From Hypanus sabinus (taxonomy: Eukaryota): 33,000 nt of DNA. Location of the stretch: NCBI RefSeq assembly GCF_030144855.1, contig NC_082731.1:22661001-22694000 (forward strand), given 5' to 3'. The notes beneath the pieces are model-generated. The model was not told the origin of the DNA. It saw only the letters and a list, made by a program, of their open reading frames with translations, and made no database searches. Below, piece by piece: positions 10,291 to 22,029 of this stretch (position 1 is its first letter; every line of letters starts with the position of its first letter). Position numbers and translations under genes: made by a program.

Positions 10291-13200
10291 TAAGAAACGT
10301 GGCATTGAGCTGCTCATAATATTCCAAGTGAGGTTACAGCAGTGTTTTATATAGTCTCAACGTCACATCCTTTTTTGTACGTTCTGGACCTATTGAAATG
10401 AATGTTATCATCGCACTTGACTTCCTCATCGCAGATTCAACCTAGGTATTAAACTTTGGGAATCGTGCACAAGCATTGCCCAATTCATTTGTCTCACTGT
10501 TTGACTTATATTGTCTATCGATTTAGTAACCATTCAAAACTTTTATTTTCCTTACGATTCCCCACACGGCATTCCATATCTGGTCCATCTTTAGTCTCTC
10601 TACATTCTCAAAATGTTTTGTCACTCTACCCAGCTTCGTATCCAGCAAAGACAATAATTCCAAAGTCCATGTCATTAACAATTAACGTGAATTAATAGGT
10701 CCCAAAACAATCACCTGTGGAAGACCTCCTGTCACCAGCAGTCATCCAGAAAAGGCTTCCGTTACTTTCACTGTTGGTGTTCTTTCAGTCAGCCGCTGCT
10801 TAATACATCTCAGAAACTGCGCAGTAATATCATGGACTCCTAGCGGTTAAGCAGCCTCAGTTGTGATCGCTTCTCACGGCCGTTCTGAAAAATCCAAGTA
10901 TACCAAATCAATCGATTGTCAATCCTGCTTGCTACATCCTCAAATGATTCCAACAAATTTTTTTAGACAGATTTCCCCATGACAAATCCCCGCCTATCAC
11001 TTTTTTTATTTTTGTAATCGTTTGCATCCAAGTTCACCGAAACCACATTTTCCTCAAGCAAATCAAACTTTTTCCTAAACAGTGAAAAGGGCTATAAATT
11101 CCAATACTCTGCCATTCCCTCAGTTCAAACGTGAAGTGGCATTTTCAAAGGTGTTGTCTTCCAAAAACAGTATAGCTATAGTAATACTTCAAAGATCACT
11201 AATAAACACCCCGCAATTACATCGCCTTCCAATTTCAGAACACACGGGCGGATACTATTTGGTCCAGATAACTTACCTCCTTCAGAATTTCCAGTTTCGT
11301 AAAACCAATCCTCCGAGTAATGGTAACTTCATACACTTCATTACCGCAAAAAGAGAAGCTGAGACTTACTGCAAGTCTCTTGAACACTGAACACTGATGC
11401 ATTTTTTTCAATGAGCCCTCCTTTTCCTTGAAACACATTATTTCTCTGCAGCAACGTTTGCAATGAGAGGCATTCACTCTCGCCTCTTTAATCCCTGCAA
11501 ATGATATTTTCCAAAGAAAATTGTCCAACTCCTTTCTCACTTCTGTCATACCTCTCAAATTTCCTTTACTTTACTGAAATAATGATACATCTGACATTAG
11601 CTTCTTCTACTCAAAGCGAATTCGATCACTTGCCTCTATTGTTTATTTCATCGAGCACACTCTGAACAATTCGTATCGTACCACAACATTCAAACCTGAA
11701 AGGATGTTCTGCTAACAGGCTCAGCCACAAGGTACTCTAATTGGAGACGAGTTGTTATACTCTGACGGAACAACGCCAACCCCTCTCTCTTCCTGCTTGA
11801 CTTTTCAAATCAATGTGTATTCTTGGAACTTAAGCCTACAGCATCGTACATAACAATATTTGCTACAAGTATTATATTTTATTTACTGCTCGCATTCAAA
11901 TAAAGTATTCTCAGTCCTGTTCAATTTTCCCCAGTTATCATCCGTTGAACGTACGTTTGTTCCATTATCAGCCTCCACATGTTTGGCCTCTCAAGACAGT
12001 TAGCTTTCGTTTGCAAACTTATTACCTGATTTTCAACCCTGTTACTCGGGATCACAGCGCCCTGATAGGTTAGAGTAACGATTCAGAACTCCTCTAGCCA
12101 ACATTCTGGCGAGAGGTTTGGAACCCCAGGAAATTAGATGCATCCCGTCCCATTTCTGTAGTTGATACCTTTGACAAAACAATTTCAATGATGCAAAAAT
12201 GTTAACAATTGTCTGTTTCAGCAGTTCCACTGCAACGCATTCAACTGTCAAATGATTGAATTCTCACTCTCAATTGATTGTGACACGGAAAACAACCCAC
12301 AGATTAATACCATAGCTTTCCTGTTTCTCGGATTTATACTAAGCTACATAAGTTCTTTCACGAGGACTTCCCCAACTTCTCCAGCTATTTATTTGTTGCC
12401 AATATGCAACAAAATATCCGGTCCGTTGTTCCTAAGCAGATTATGGAACCCAAACGGGAGATTCCTGACCTTGGCACGGTGTGGGTAACACATTGACACG
12501 CTTTTTTAAATTCCGCCCACTTTCACTCGAATTGTTCTTCAGAATAAGCGGTCTCTTAGCAACAATGCATTCCTCTTCATTTCGCTGCTCTTCTGAGCCA
12601 CAGCACCAGAATCAGTGCGGGAGTTCTTTAAAAATGGCTGCCCCCTGGTAAGTCTTCGCACCAAAGTTATTATTGAAGGAAACAGCCATATTTGTACTTG
12701 GAACGGGTTGTGAATTCCCACATTTCTCCTGATAGTTACTGGTTAACTTGAAAAACAGGGATCAAAGTGTAATTATCAGTCTGTAGCTCCTGTAATTACC
12801 TCCTCATTTCCCCATATGACTTATCATGCTGCAGGTCCAGTGTCTTAATTCGTTCTACTAAATTGGCAATTCAAGAAGCTTGGTGCAGATGTGTTTATCT
12901 CTGGCACAGCCAGTTTTAATACGTCCCTCACCCCATATAACGTAGAGCTCACTGCAACTGCTACCATTTCCATTAAATCGTCATGAACTCGTGGAAGTGG
13001 AATGAACAACTAACATCAGTGAGTACGTTAAAATACTATTTACCTCACTCAAACCTAATTTCGCCTCAGCAATTTCGATCCCCGTGTGGATTAAACAGTC
13101 GCTCTTCACACACATTACTGAGAAGGAATGACGACGACCTATTTGCCGGTACTTGCATTAATTCTGTACAGCCGTGAGGTGTATGAGGAAGCATTCAAAG

Positions 13201-13874
13201 ATTTCCGGGAACGACTGCAGTGCTGGACGATGTATGATGGAGCAGGGGAAAAAACTGTGAATACATGAATAGCCGGCTTCAAATGCCGTTGCTATTCTAA
13301 TCTTATTCGAATCTTGAAACTACAATATTGTCAAAGATGATTTATTGACAAACGTGTTATTTTCGCTGCCCCTTAGTACTTATTTTTTTTTTTAACTACC
13401 CGCCCTGGAAATGTCCAGATACAGCAGTCGAATTTTAGATTTTATTTTATTTTTTGTAACAATGGATTCATGGTTGAACCGACTGACTGGACAACGTGCT
13501 AAGAAACTGTATTCACCGCAAATCGGCAGAAGTCACAACAGTAAATCAATTGGCAAATACAATGCATGCATAGAGAAGGAAAATGTGACGCTTCTGGTGC
13601 ATTAGAACTGTTGTAATTAATTTAATATTTGTCCAATATGGGTGGTTAATTTTCTTTGAATGGGATTCAGTTGACAGTTTTCGCGTTATTCTGCATCTAT
13701 CTAACTGCTGCCCGACATAACGTTTTTGTTTCTATTGCAGACTAGAAGTTACATTTGTACCTACTGTGCCAGTCGCTTACTTTGAAGTTTAATACAGCCT
13801 TTTGATTGTTTGCTTTATTTACGGTTTTCTCAGTGTATTAATGAAACAAAGCCTTTAAATGTTCTATCAATGGC

Positions 13875-14661
13875 CTCTCTCTCCGGTCTGGATCGGTTAA
13901 AATGTCGACTTGTGGGTAGTCGGGCCCCAGGGAGAAATTTGATTGCACAATCATCTGCGCGGTGCGGAGAAAGGGAATGAACCCGTTGTTTACTGAACAA
14001 ACGTCGTAAGTCATGGTAGTCTGTAGGAACGCGGGACAATTCGAGGGGCTTCAAAACAGGTGGGGTCGCCGTAGCTCTCTCTGGGAGATGGGACCGACAG
14101 CAGACTGTTGACAGGGCAAGACGGGCTCCATTCGGTTATCGTCCCTTAAGACCCATAGATATGGGGATTGTGTTGGGTCAGCTATGGAGACCCTGGAACT
14201 ACCGGGGCTTGAGGAGAAAGAATGAGACTGAATCATACCTCCTCTCCATGGTTGCCGGGTAGGTCAAGGTAAGCGGCCGCGTCCGGTTCGTCCGGCGAGC
14301 CAGCAGTTTTCTCTCCAGGTCTCGGGCCTCCAGGGGTGTGGTTTGCTACTCGCGATGTATTCCGACCTGGGTAGCTATCAATTCTTCCATCAGGATTGCT
14401 CTCAGTACCGGAATCCACCAAAGCGGATCTGGGCAGGAACTGTTGTTGAAAATACACGGTTGCGGACATCTGCATCTGTGTCTGGGGTGCTGAAGGGACT
14501 ACCATTCTGCTTACCAGAGCTCGATTTCCTATTGGGGAGACTCCCCTTCTGGCCGCTGAGGGCAGGTATCCAGGAAATGCCCTGGCTGTCCACAATGGTG
14601 GCAATGTTTGTAGTTAGTGGTACCTGAGAATGATTGGAAACTAAATGAGGTGATTGTGACA
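13875..14661 (-). mobile_element. Ty3/Gypsy Sushi-ichi-like LTR retrotransposon fragment (gag zinc knuckle, protease, RT start)
   Basis: Intact CCHC knuckle CHHCGQPGHFLDTC (14562-14603). Protease ALVDSG (DSG at 14407-14415). Downstream LPGNHGEEV*FSLILSPQAPVV..*LTQHNPHI and [45 protein letters not shown]. Stops and frameshifts present. Confidence 0.85.
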
Positions 14662-14989
14662 TAATTCCTGATACTCTCTACAGGTGTATCTGTCCATAGA
14701 TATGCATAAATAAGCTCCCTCCCTCAGAAAGATTAAAAAAAAAATCATAGCTGATATTAACTTTTCCCGGTTGCTTAGAATGTATTCTGGTACCACGAAC
14801 GTTGCAAGAAATGTTGCAAGTGACTGAAACTGCTAGCAGTTTCCACAGACAATGGTGTGAGTAGTCCGTGTTGTGCAAAGGTGAACCGCCATCTCCTTTG
14901 TTTTGGCGACAATTAATACGACATTAATTCCATGCCTCACAGAGGTATGCTTTTGCACCTTGTCTTTCTAGGGCGTCTCACGGTTTTTT

Positions 14990-15510
14990 GTGAAGAGTCC
15001 CACCATTGCCGTGTCTCTGCAGACATGATAATATGATTGTTCAGGATATAGGTCGTGTGGTTGTTTGTTAACCGACTGTACAACAGTGTGGTCAGCGCAC
15101 TTTACATCGTTTTAATGATGCTGGAGATGGTGGACCAGTTGTACATCCTGGTTACCTGTAGTTTGTTGACTCGGAAGTTCAACTCCGTTTGGTAGATTTT
15201 TGCAATAGTTTTCATACAACGATTAGTAGGCGTCTTCTGGCAAAGGTCTGTCTGGCAATAGTGCTGAATGCCGAACTGAATTCTGGAAAGAACATTCTGA
15301 CACAAATGTATCTCTTTTAATAATACCATGTTTCCAGGTGCGTGTTAGATGTAATGGCTTACTTCATAAACATTGGAGATATAAATCACATAAATCCATA
15401 GAGTCGTAAACTACCTGCTCGTTTCAACCGGCAACGGGAACACAGCCCTCCATACGGCACAATCCATGTAAATATCCACTTTACACTTAGCATTGAAATC
15501 GACTTTACCT
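14990..15510 (-). mobile_element. Possible very old LINE (CR1/L2 superfamily) RT C-terminal remnant
   Basis: Only a weak motif, VDFNAKCKV (about 15475-15503), resembling FNxxKCKV. The rest could not be aligned. Confidence 0.25.
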
Positions 15511-15515
15511 GCATG

Positions 15516-15531
15516 ATATATATATATATAT
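15516..15531. repeat. (AT)n microsatellite
   Basis: atatatatatatatat. Confidence 0.85.
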
Positions 15532-15829
15532 TAAATCTCGTGTGGCTGGGCTTACGACTGCTTGTGCATGTTCAGCCCTACCAAGAACTTCAACAAAAGG
15601 AATACTAGGCCCCAGGAACCAGGACGCAGGATGGCTCTGGTAGTAAATTGTGACTCCTGATAATAGGCATCAGGAGGAACAGATAGACTCGCGCTGGGAG
15701 ATAATCTACATGTATGCGGGGGATACGAAACAAATTTATGTGAAGTTGTTTTTATTGCTGTCTGAGTTTTGTTGGCGGTTGAGACTGCGACAGATTCTCC
15801 ATGATATCACGTAAATAAACTCTTGAAAC

Positions 15830-16740
15830 GGAACGGGAATTCACCAGTGTTCTTAGTTAGTGTTTCCATGATAATAAACTTCATGGTTTTGTATAACTCT
15901 GTCAAATCTCCTCTCAAATCTAACAGTTCGGAGGAATAAGTTCTTAGCTTATTCACGTTTCCCTCATAACTCAGGTCTGACAGCCCGAGAAAAATTATTT
16001 TAAATATTATCTGCACCATTTCAACCTTACTTACACCTTTCCATAGGTAGGTGATCAGAACTGCACAAAATACGTCAAATTAGCCCTCAGCAACGCTATA
16101 TTCCACTTGATCGTACCAACCCTATTCTGTACAATATGTTATGATTTTTGAAAGCTAATGTGCCAAAATTTTCCTGTCTATCCGTGATACCACTTTCAAA
16201 GAATTACGAACCTATAATCCCAGATTCCTTTTTCTTTAACCACATTCCTCAGTTTCATGCCGTTTGTGACTACCTTGGTTGGACTTGACGAAGTGGAATT
16301 ATCACACATTTCTGCCATTTTTCTTACCAGGTTTGCAGATGATCCCGATCTCTCTATAATCCATGATAACATTCCATGCTGTCCATTGGACCCCAATCTT
16401 GCAGTCATCAGCAGATCCCGTATTATCCAGTTAACCACATTTTCAGATCGTCATTATTGGTTACACACGACACCCCTGCGGAACTCCAACCATTGCAGGG
16501 CACCCATCAGAGAAGCAAAACCTGCTCTCACTTTATAGTTTTTCCGATAAAGCCAATGCGAAATCCAATTTAATTCGAATAGTCGATCATGACGGACTTC
16601 CATGAAGTTCCTTGTCAACGGCCTTGCTAAATACATTGCAGACAAAATCTACTGCCTTGCCTTCATAAATCATTCTAGTATTTTATTTGAAAATCTCTAT
16701 AAGATTGGTGGGACACTACCGCGCAAGAAATAAGCCAGTT
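15830..16740 (-). mobile_element. CR1 ORF2 RT/C-terminal fragment with internal deletions
   Basis: CPTNLIEIFK*NTRMIYEGKAVD resembles SCLTNLIEFFEEVTxxIDEGRAVD. ORF 15807-16019 DLSYEGNVNKL...LRGDLTELYK resembles LSYEERL...LRGDLIEVYK. Confidence 0.75.
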
Positions 16741-17169
16741 ACGGATGCCACATTGGTCTGTGTCTGTCCAAATACTTATGTATTCAGATCTATATATTAC
16801 TCATAAAGGTAAAACGACTATCTTTTTCAAAATAATGGCTAGTGTCCAGTGTGGTCGACCCTTCAAAGCAGTTGGTGCGACTGTATTCAATGTGACCTGG
16901 TTAGTCGTTAAGTTTCAGATTTTAGCGCTTTTTGCTATTGAGATGAGAGTGGATGATCCGAAATCTGAATAAGTGATGTTTTGAGAAAATCCGTAAAGAG
17001 CAGTTGTGCCCACAGCCTGAATATTTGACTAGAGATATTTTCTTGCCTGGTATCTTACCTGGGAGAGTGTGATAGCTTTTAGATTCATTTTATTGTCATC
17101 TGATGTTGCAGACCTTTAAACAGCGCTCTGGGTTTTTAATAAGGAGCATGCATCTATGTTCACCGACAG

Positions 17170-17390
17170 AGATAGCCGGGATGGCAAGTGACGAGATTAA
17201 AAGTCAACGAATGGGACCCTGCAAAGGGAAATGGATTTGGAGTGAGCGGAACGTGGAGCAAATCACGGGAAATTGAAGAAATCCATGTTCGTGCCTTCAT
17301 GTTAAACGCTACCCAATCCGAATCTGCGAACTTGCCTCTGGATTGCAGAATAAGAAGGCAGGAACGCCATGTTTGAAGGGATTTGGTAGT
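17170..17390 (-). mobile_element. Penelope-like 3' end remnant
   Basis: Minus translation FGLGSV*HEGTNMDFFNFP* resembles FRLGSLQPDGMNIDFSNFR*. Confidence 0.55.
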
Positions 17391-17554
17391 TAAAATAAAA
17401 TGTTTGGGACACAGTGAAATCCCCCATGTTGCATACAGTGCAAATTTGCACGACAAAGTGGCGCCACAATCTCTTTCCAGTCTCTGCAATCTCTTGCACA
17501 CAGTACCAGAAACACTGCTTATACTGAATAATACAAAAAAGATGAAAGGGCATA

Positions 17555-18660
17555 AGTAGAGATTAGACCATTTAGGCCCAAAGAGCTCGACCCGCTATTT
17601 CATGATGGCTTATCAGTTTCACTTCTCGGGCCCAATCTCTTCTCTTCTCCTCGTATCTCTTCTAAACTGACCAATCAAATTTCTTCAACCTGTGTCTTAA
17701 AATTAAATGCAGATTTGGCCAACGCATGTGTCTGTTACAATGAATTCCACAGATTCCCCACTATCGACCCAAAGAAATCCATCCTCATCTCCGTTCTAAA
17801 AGGACGCCCAGGTGTTTGAGACTGTGTCTCATTTCTATAATTGTCCAATAATCTTATTTTATTATCGTGGCTTTGCGGATGAGTATACGTTTGTGAGCGT
17901 TCTCAAACTGTTTGATATAATCGACGTACATCGCAGAATCCTTGTGTATTCATGCACACATCAGACAGGATAAAATAATCTAATTGCGCCTGTGAATGTT
18001 TGATTTTCCATAAGTCCACCGATCAGCATTCATCAGTCTCTTCTAATACGGCTGACTTCACCTTGCTTCTTATATCCTCGTACATCTTTCCTGCACCATC
18101 TGCACCCAGCTGCCTCCATTTGAAGTTCTGTCGACTAGAACTTCAGGATATATTGTGGGCGCCGTCCTGCAGTTATAACAGTGGTACTATATCCTCATTT
18201 GAGTATCGAATCCGCTGATGGAAAGCAAGGCATATCTCTTCTTTTCAGCTCATCCATAACTGCGGCCGCATCCAAGGAAACATGTACTTTTCTCTTAAGT
18301 TCTCTGCTCTAAAGAGTTCAACCTATCAGGTAAATGGTAATTCCGAACCTAGTATATTTTACTGAAATACATCACATCATGTTTGCCTATACGAAAATCG
18401 AAATGTGTTTCTTGGCTGTGCAACAAAATCAGAGAACTGTCAGTTTCTGAATAGCGCAGAGGAGAGAACTGACGAGAGTTTCCAATTGAACACCTACACC
18501 GTATTTGAAGCCATCTCTTAACCAAAATTATTTTTCTCAAGCTGAGAGCCAGCAGAACTAGGATATTTGTTCCATCGAATCTGCTGCCCCACTTCCTTAT
18601 GTGCTATTCAATTTTCCTCTCAATCCGAGACGACTGTCTTCTGCACGTTCACAACCCGGC
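17555..18660 (-). mobile_element. Ancient CR1 3' portion (element 'a', uninterrupted copy)
   Basis: Tail-like cataagtagagattagaccatttaggccc. Translation HFDFRIGKHDVMYF...RLNSLEQR...KKRYALLSISG...VQERCTRI resembles the CR1 RT C-terminus. Paralogous to 1-520 plus 1262-2150. Confidence 0.6.
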
Positions 18661-18689
18661 CCGACTAATCCGGACTAAATAAATATATA

Positions 18690-19915
18690 TAAATCTGTAC
18701 CTTAAATATTCATAAAGTTCCGCCCTCCACTCCTGTCTATGGCTCAGATTTACACTGAATTATAACAGTCTGGCCAACGAAATTCGTCTCCATCTTCTGT
18801 CTAAAAGGGTACCTTGTATTCTGAGCTGGAGTCTTCAGATCTTAGATTCTCCCATGTAACTGAAGAATCTTCCCTATATCCACTTTATCAAGGCTTTCAC
18901 AATTGGATAGATTTCTTGCGATCACTGCTCCTACTTCTGAATTACTGTGAATATACACCAGGATTCATTAAACACTCCTCATTTAGGCATGAAATAATTT
19001 TCGTGAACGTCATTTAAACTATTTCCAGTATCAGCCCTTACTTTCATTTCTAAAATACTAGCCCCAAAGCTACTCATAATAATCAATTGATTCTACCCCA
19101 GTGCTCTATAATGTCTCAAAATTTCATCCCTGTTTCCATATTCTTGTCCTATTGATAAGAATGTTAACATCGCATTTTCGTTCCTCATCGCAGACTCTAC
19201 CTGCGTATTAGTTTTTAGGGAATCGTGCATAAGCATTCCCGATTTGCTTTGTCTGACTATTTGATTTCTAGTGACTATTCATTTAGTTAGTTGTCAAACA
19301 ATTCATTTCCCATAATATTTCCCACACTGTATTCCATATGTCCCTTCTTTGCCCTTTTTGCAAACCTGCCTAATTCCATCTGCAGTCTCCTACGTTCTCA
19401 AAATTTGTCGTCATTTTACCTATCATCGTATCGTCTGCAAACCTTCTACCAAAGACAATTCCATAACGCAAATCATTAACATTTAACGCAAAAGTAATCG
19501 GTCCCAATTTATGCACCTGTGGAAAACCTCCCGTCAGCGGCAGTCAACCTGAAAAGGCACCCGATACTTTGAAACTTTGCAAACTGCCAGACAACAAATC
19601 CTTGAACAATGTCAGAATATGATTAGTAATACTATGGAATGGTCGCGGTTAAGCAGCCTCTGGTATGATACCTCGTCACGGGCGTTCTGAAAAATCCAAA
19701 GTTACCAAATCAACCGATTGTCTACCCTGCTTGTTCCATCTTCAAATAATTAAAAGTGATTTGTTGGACAAGACTTACCTATCAGGAATCTATGCTTACC
19801 AATTTCTATTTTATTGTTTCCCTCCGAGTACCCCGAACCAACATACTCATCAATCAAACACGAAATTTTCCGAACCATTGATGTCAGACTGACAGGCATA
19901 TAATTTCCATTATAT
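18690..19915 (-). mobile_element. CR1 'b' copy 3 (3' end to RT), lacking the Crack insertion
   Basis: Collinear with 2155-2530 and 10290-11100. The CR1 sequence is continuous across ttttcgtgaacgtc (about 18998-19011). Confidence 0.65.
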
Positions 19916-21849
19916 GTTTTTGCAATCCCAGAAAGCTCTGTGTTTCCAGTCCAGGTTCGGAGCCACAGAATGGGTCTACAAACCCACCCAGAGGAAGTGA
20001 TTATCCGCCAGGCTTGGAATCCACTGGAAGGGGACTGGACATGCGCTCGACAGCATCTGCGATGGTGCCGTTGCCTGAGCTGCGGAAGGCAGTCGTCTTG
20101 GACCGGGACCCACTGTCATCATGTCAGCCCTTGGTCATCACAAACCCAGCGAGGCTGAAAGAAGGAAGTGACACTCCGAGTGTCCTGCCTCTTGCCTCAC
20201 ACAAACAGACGGTAGTGTCAACGTCTAACAGAGCGTTTGAACTGTGCTATAGGCTCCAGAGTTGTTGCGGATGATTGGCCTCTTGGGTGGGAACAGTGTG
20301 ACTTTCCAGGTGTTGGCAGAAATGCAACTCTGCCGCTGCATTTCTAATGACCAGTACTCTTAATTATTCTTCTGTTAATATGCTTTTGTGGGATTGAGGT
20401 GGGAACTGATCGTTTATTGTTACACATTAGTTCGGATGATATTGTTATTTGCTGGTGTATTTGTGGGTCATCCTATCTGTAACCGGAGTGTATGATGGTC
20501 ACTTCACCCTTTGATGTGAGTTTGGTTGGGGTTCACTATCTGAGTCATGTTACCTGGTCCGTTTGTGTCGATCATAATAAAACTGTTGTTGAGATAAACA
20601 GCTTCCTTCTCTGTCATTATGGACCAAATGGTTGCCACAATATTTTATTTTGTATAAGAAAACCGGTTTGCAATTTAGTTTCTTAAACATATGACCTTGG
20701 CTTTTAGCAGAATCGATTCTTAAAAAAAGAATACTTGCAATTGCTTATCTTGCAAGAATTGATACAAAGACAAGAGAAATGTTGTTTAACAATACAATGT
20801 TGCACAGAAACGTAAATTTGAAATTTGGGCTGTTGTCATGGGTATATTTTCTCACAGGAGAACTGTGTGTGCAGGTCGCATATCTTATTTCTTTTGATAT
20901 CAATTTAATAAGTGTACTCGGAAACTTTTTGCTTCTGAAATCGATTTGTACAGCCATGAATTTAAATGAGCTCACTGTACTATTTGACAGTACCTCCAAT
21001 GAAATTTCATTGAATTTCCCAGCAGGTCAATGTCCCAAATAATTGGGCGACGAGATGAGGACCGTTTAGATTCGGAATACAAACAAACTCCTGATGAAAT
21101 GACTTTCTCCGACAATATGAGTTTTGAAATACAGGTTGTGGTTTTACAATAAATTGGAAGTGGCCAAAATGCAAATCTACCAAAACTGAACCTGAGATGG
21201 AAAATGTAAAACACAAAAATTCGGAGTAGATCCATATCAGGCCATCGCTCTATCTACCCCTGAGTGATTCCATTTCAAAATTCAATATAATGGACTGCTG
21301 AAACTTCATGTTTTTGGAATAGCACCGTTTAGCACGGCCGCTGCGCAAAATAGAACGCGGTAGCTGCGACGGCAAATGCAATTGTCTCAGCGCTATTCCG
21401 TGAACTATTTTCTCTCATATGAACATCTTTCCTCATTCGGTGCCTCGAGTAGAAGCAATGCTGCACCTTTCGTGGAGCAAGAGCAGTTATATCCGATGGA
21501 CATTACACAGGGTTCAGTAGTGGTCACAGACCAAGATAGTACACTCTACTAAACAGTAACGGAACATAGGGATTTCCGTATGGAGTGCCTGTTACATGAT
21601 AGTACAACAATTACCGGTACCCGGAAAAGCAGATGTGGATTGGGTACGGAATGCAGATGGAGACGATCGTCAGTATACAGACACGCATGATTAGAACAGA
21701 CCACTGAAACAATCATAGTTGACACAAACAGCAAGCTGATTTTTCGGATGTCACGTGATGAAAACGGAAACAGATGAGTCCGCAACTGTTTAGATTTGCC
21801 GTTTTAATGATGTGTGGGAAAATAGTGCAGTAATGCAACTGGAGTCTAC

Positions 21850-21967
21850 AGTCTCCAGACTCCGTCTAACTAATCTTACGCTTGATAAGATCCCATTTCT
21901 TCCACAAGTCTCCAGACTCCGTCTAACTAATCTTACGCTTGAAAGGATCCCATTTCTTCCACAAGTC
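21850..21967. repeat. 57-bp tandem duplication (2 copies, 2 mismatches)
   Basis: agtctccagactccgtctaactaatcttacgcttga..agatcccatttcttccaca at 21850-21906 and 21907-21963. Confidence 0.95.
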
Positions 21968-22029
21968 CAGTCCACAAGTCATCACTAATGTACGTGACAA
22001 GATCAATTCTTTCTCGCGGTTCCGTTCGT

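Larger units (their letters stand above)
9165..12970 (-). mobile_element. Near full-length ancient CR1 LINE (element 'b', copy 2): ORF1 (Zn-finger region, SGNH esterase) and ORF2 (APE, RT, C-terminus), pseudogenised
   Basis: Esterase motifs AKVRNL...DILLHIGNK...EVLVKEL...VLICGLFSVS (12280-12490) and KWDGMHLISWGSKPLARMLAR (12042-12251). Linker VTITRRIGFTKLEILKEVSYLDQIVSARV resembles ISITREKVLGKLMGLKADKSPGPDGLHPRV. C-terminus FTKIISSLKALHYKERL (ORF 9197-9493). Confidence 0.75.

Noticed and set aside
13172-13256. Candidate exon REVYEEAFKDFRERLQCWTMYDGAGEKT
   Set aside because: The donor is weak (GTGAAT), no family is recognisable, and it is not repeated in the paralogous blocks.
14826-14843. 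Perfect palindromes GAAACTGCTAGCAGTTTC and CAATGAAATTTCATTG (about 20997-21012)
   Set aside because: 18- and 16-bp palindromes are within chance expectation for 33 kb, and there is no supporting context.
17051-17075. U1 snRNA-like 5' motif (cttacctgg)
   Set aside because: Similarity ends after about 9 nt. No tRNA, rRNA or snRNA structure was found anywhere in the window.
17410-17450. RSS heptamer CACAGTG (V(D)J signal)
   Set aside because: There is no ACAAAAACC-like nonamer at 12- or 23-bp spacing and no V/D/J segment upstream.
20779-21042. GPCR-like hydrophobic ORF (ISVLGNFLLL)
   Set aside because: It is short and AT-rich, with no further TM helices or GPCR motifs.
21169-21850. Octamer ATGCAAAT plus Ig-V-like peptide snippets (TVTEHRDFRMECLL, QQLPVPGKADVDWV)
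   Set aside because: The snippets are in different frames with stops. There is no leader exon, no conserved Trp/YYC spacing and no RSS.
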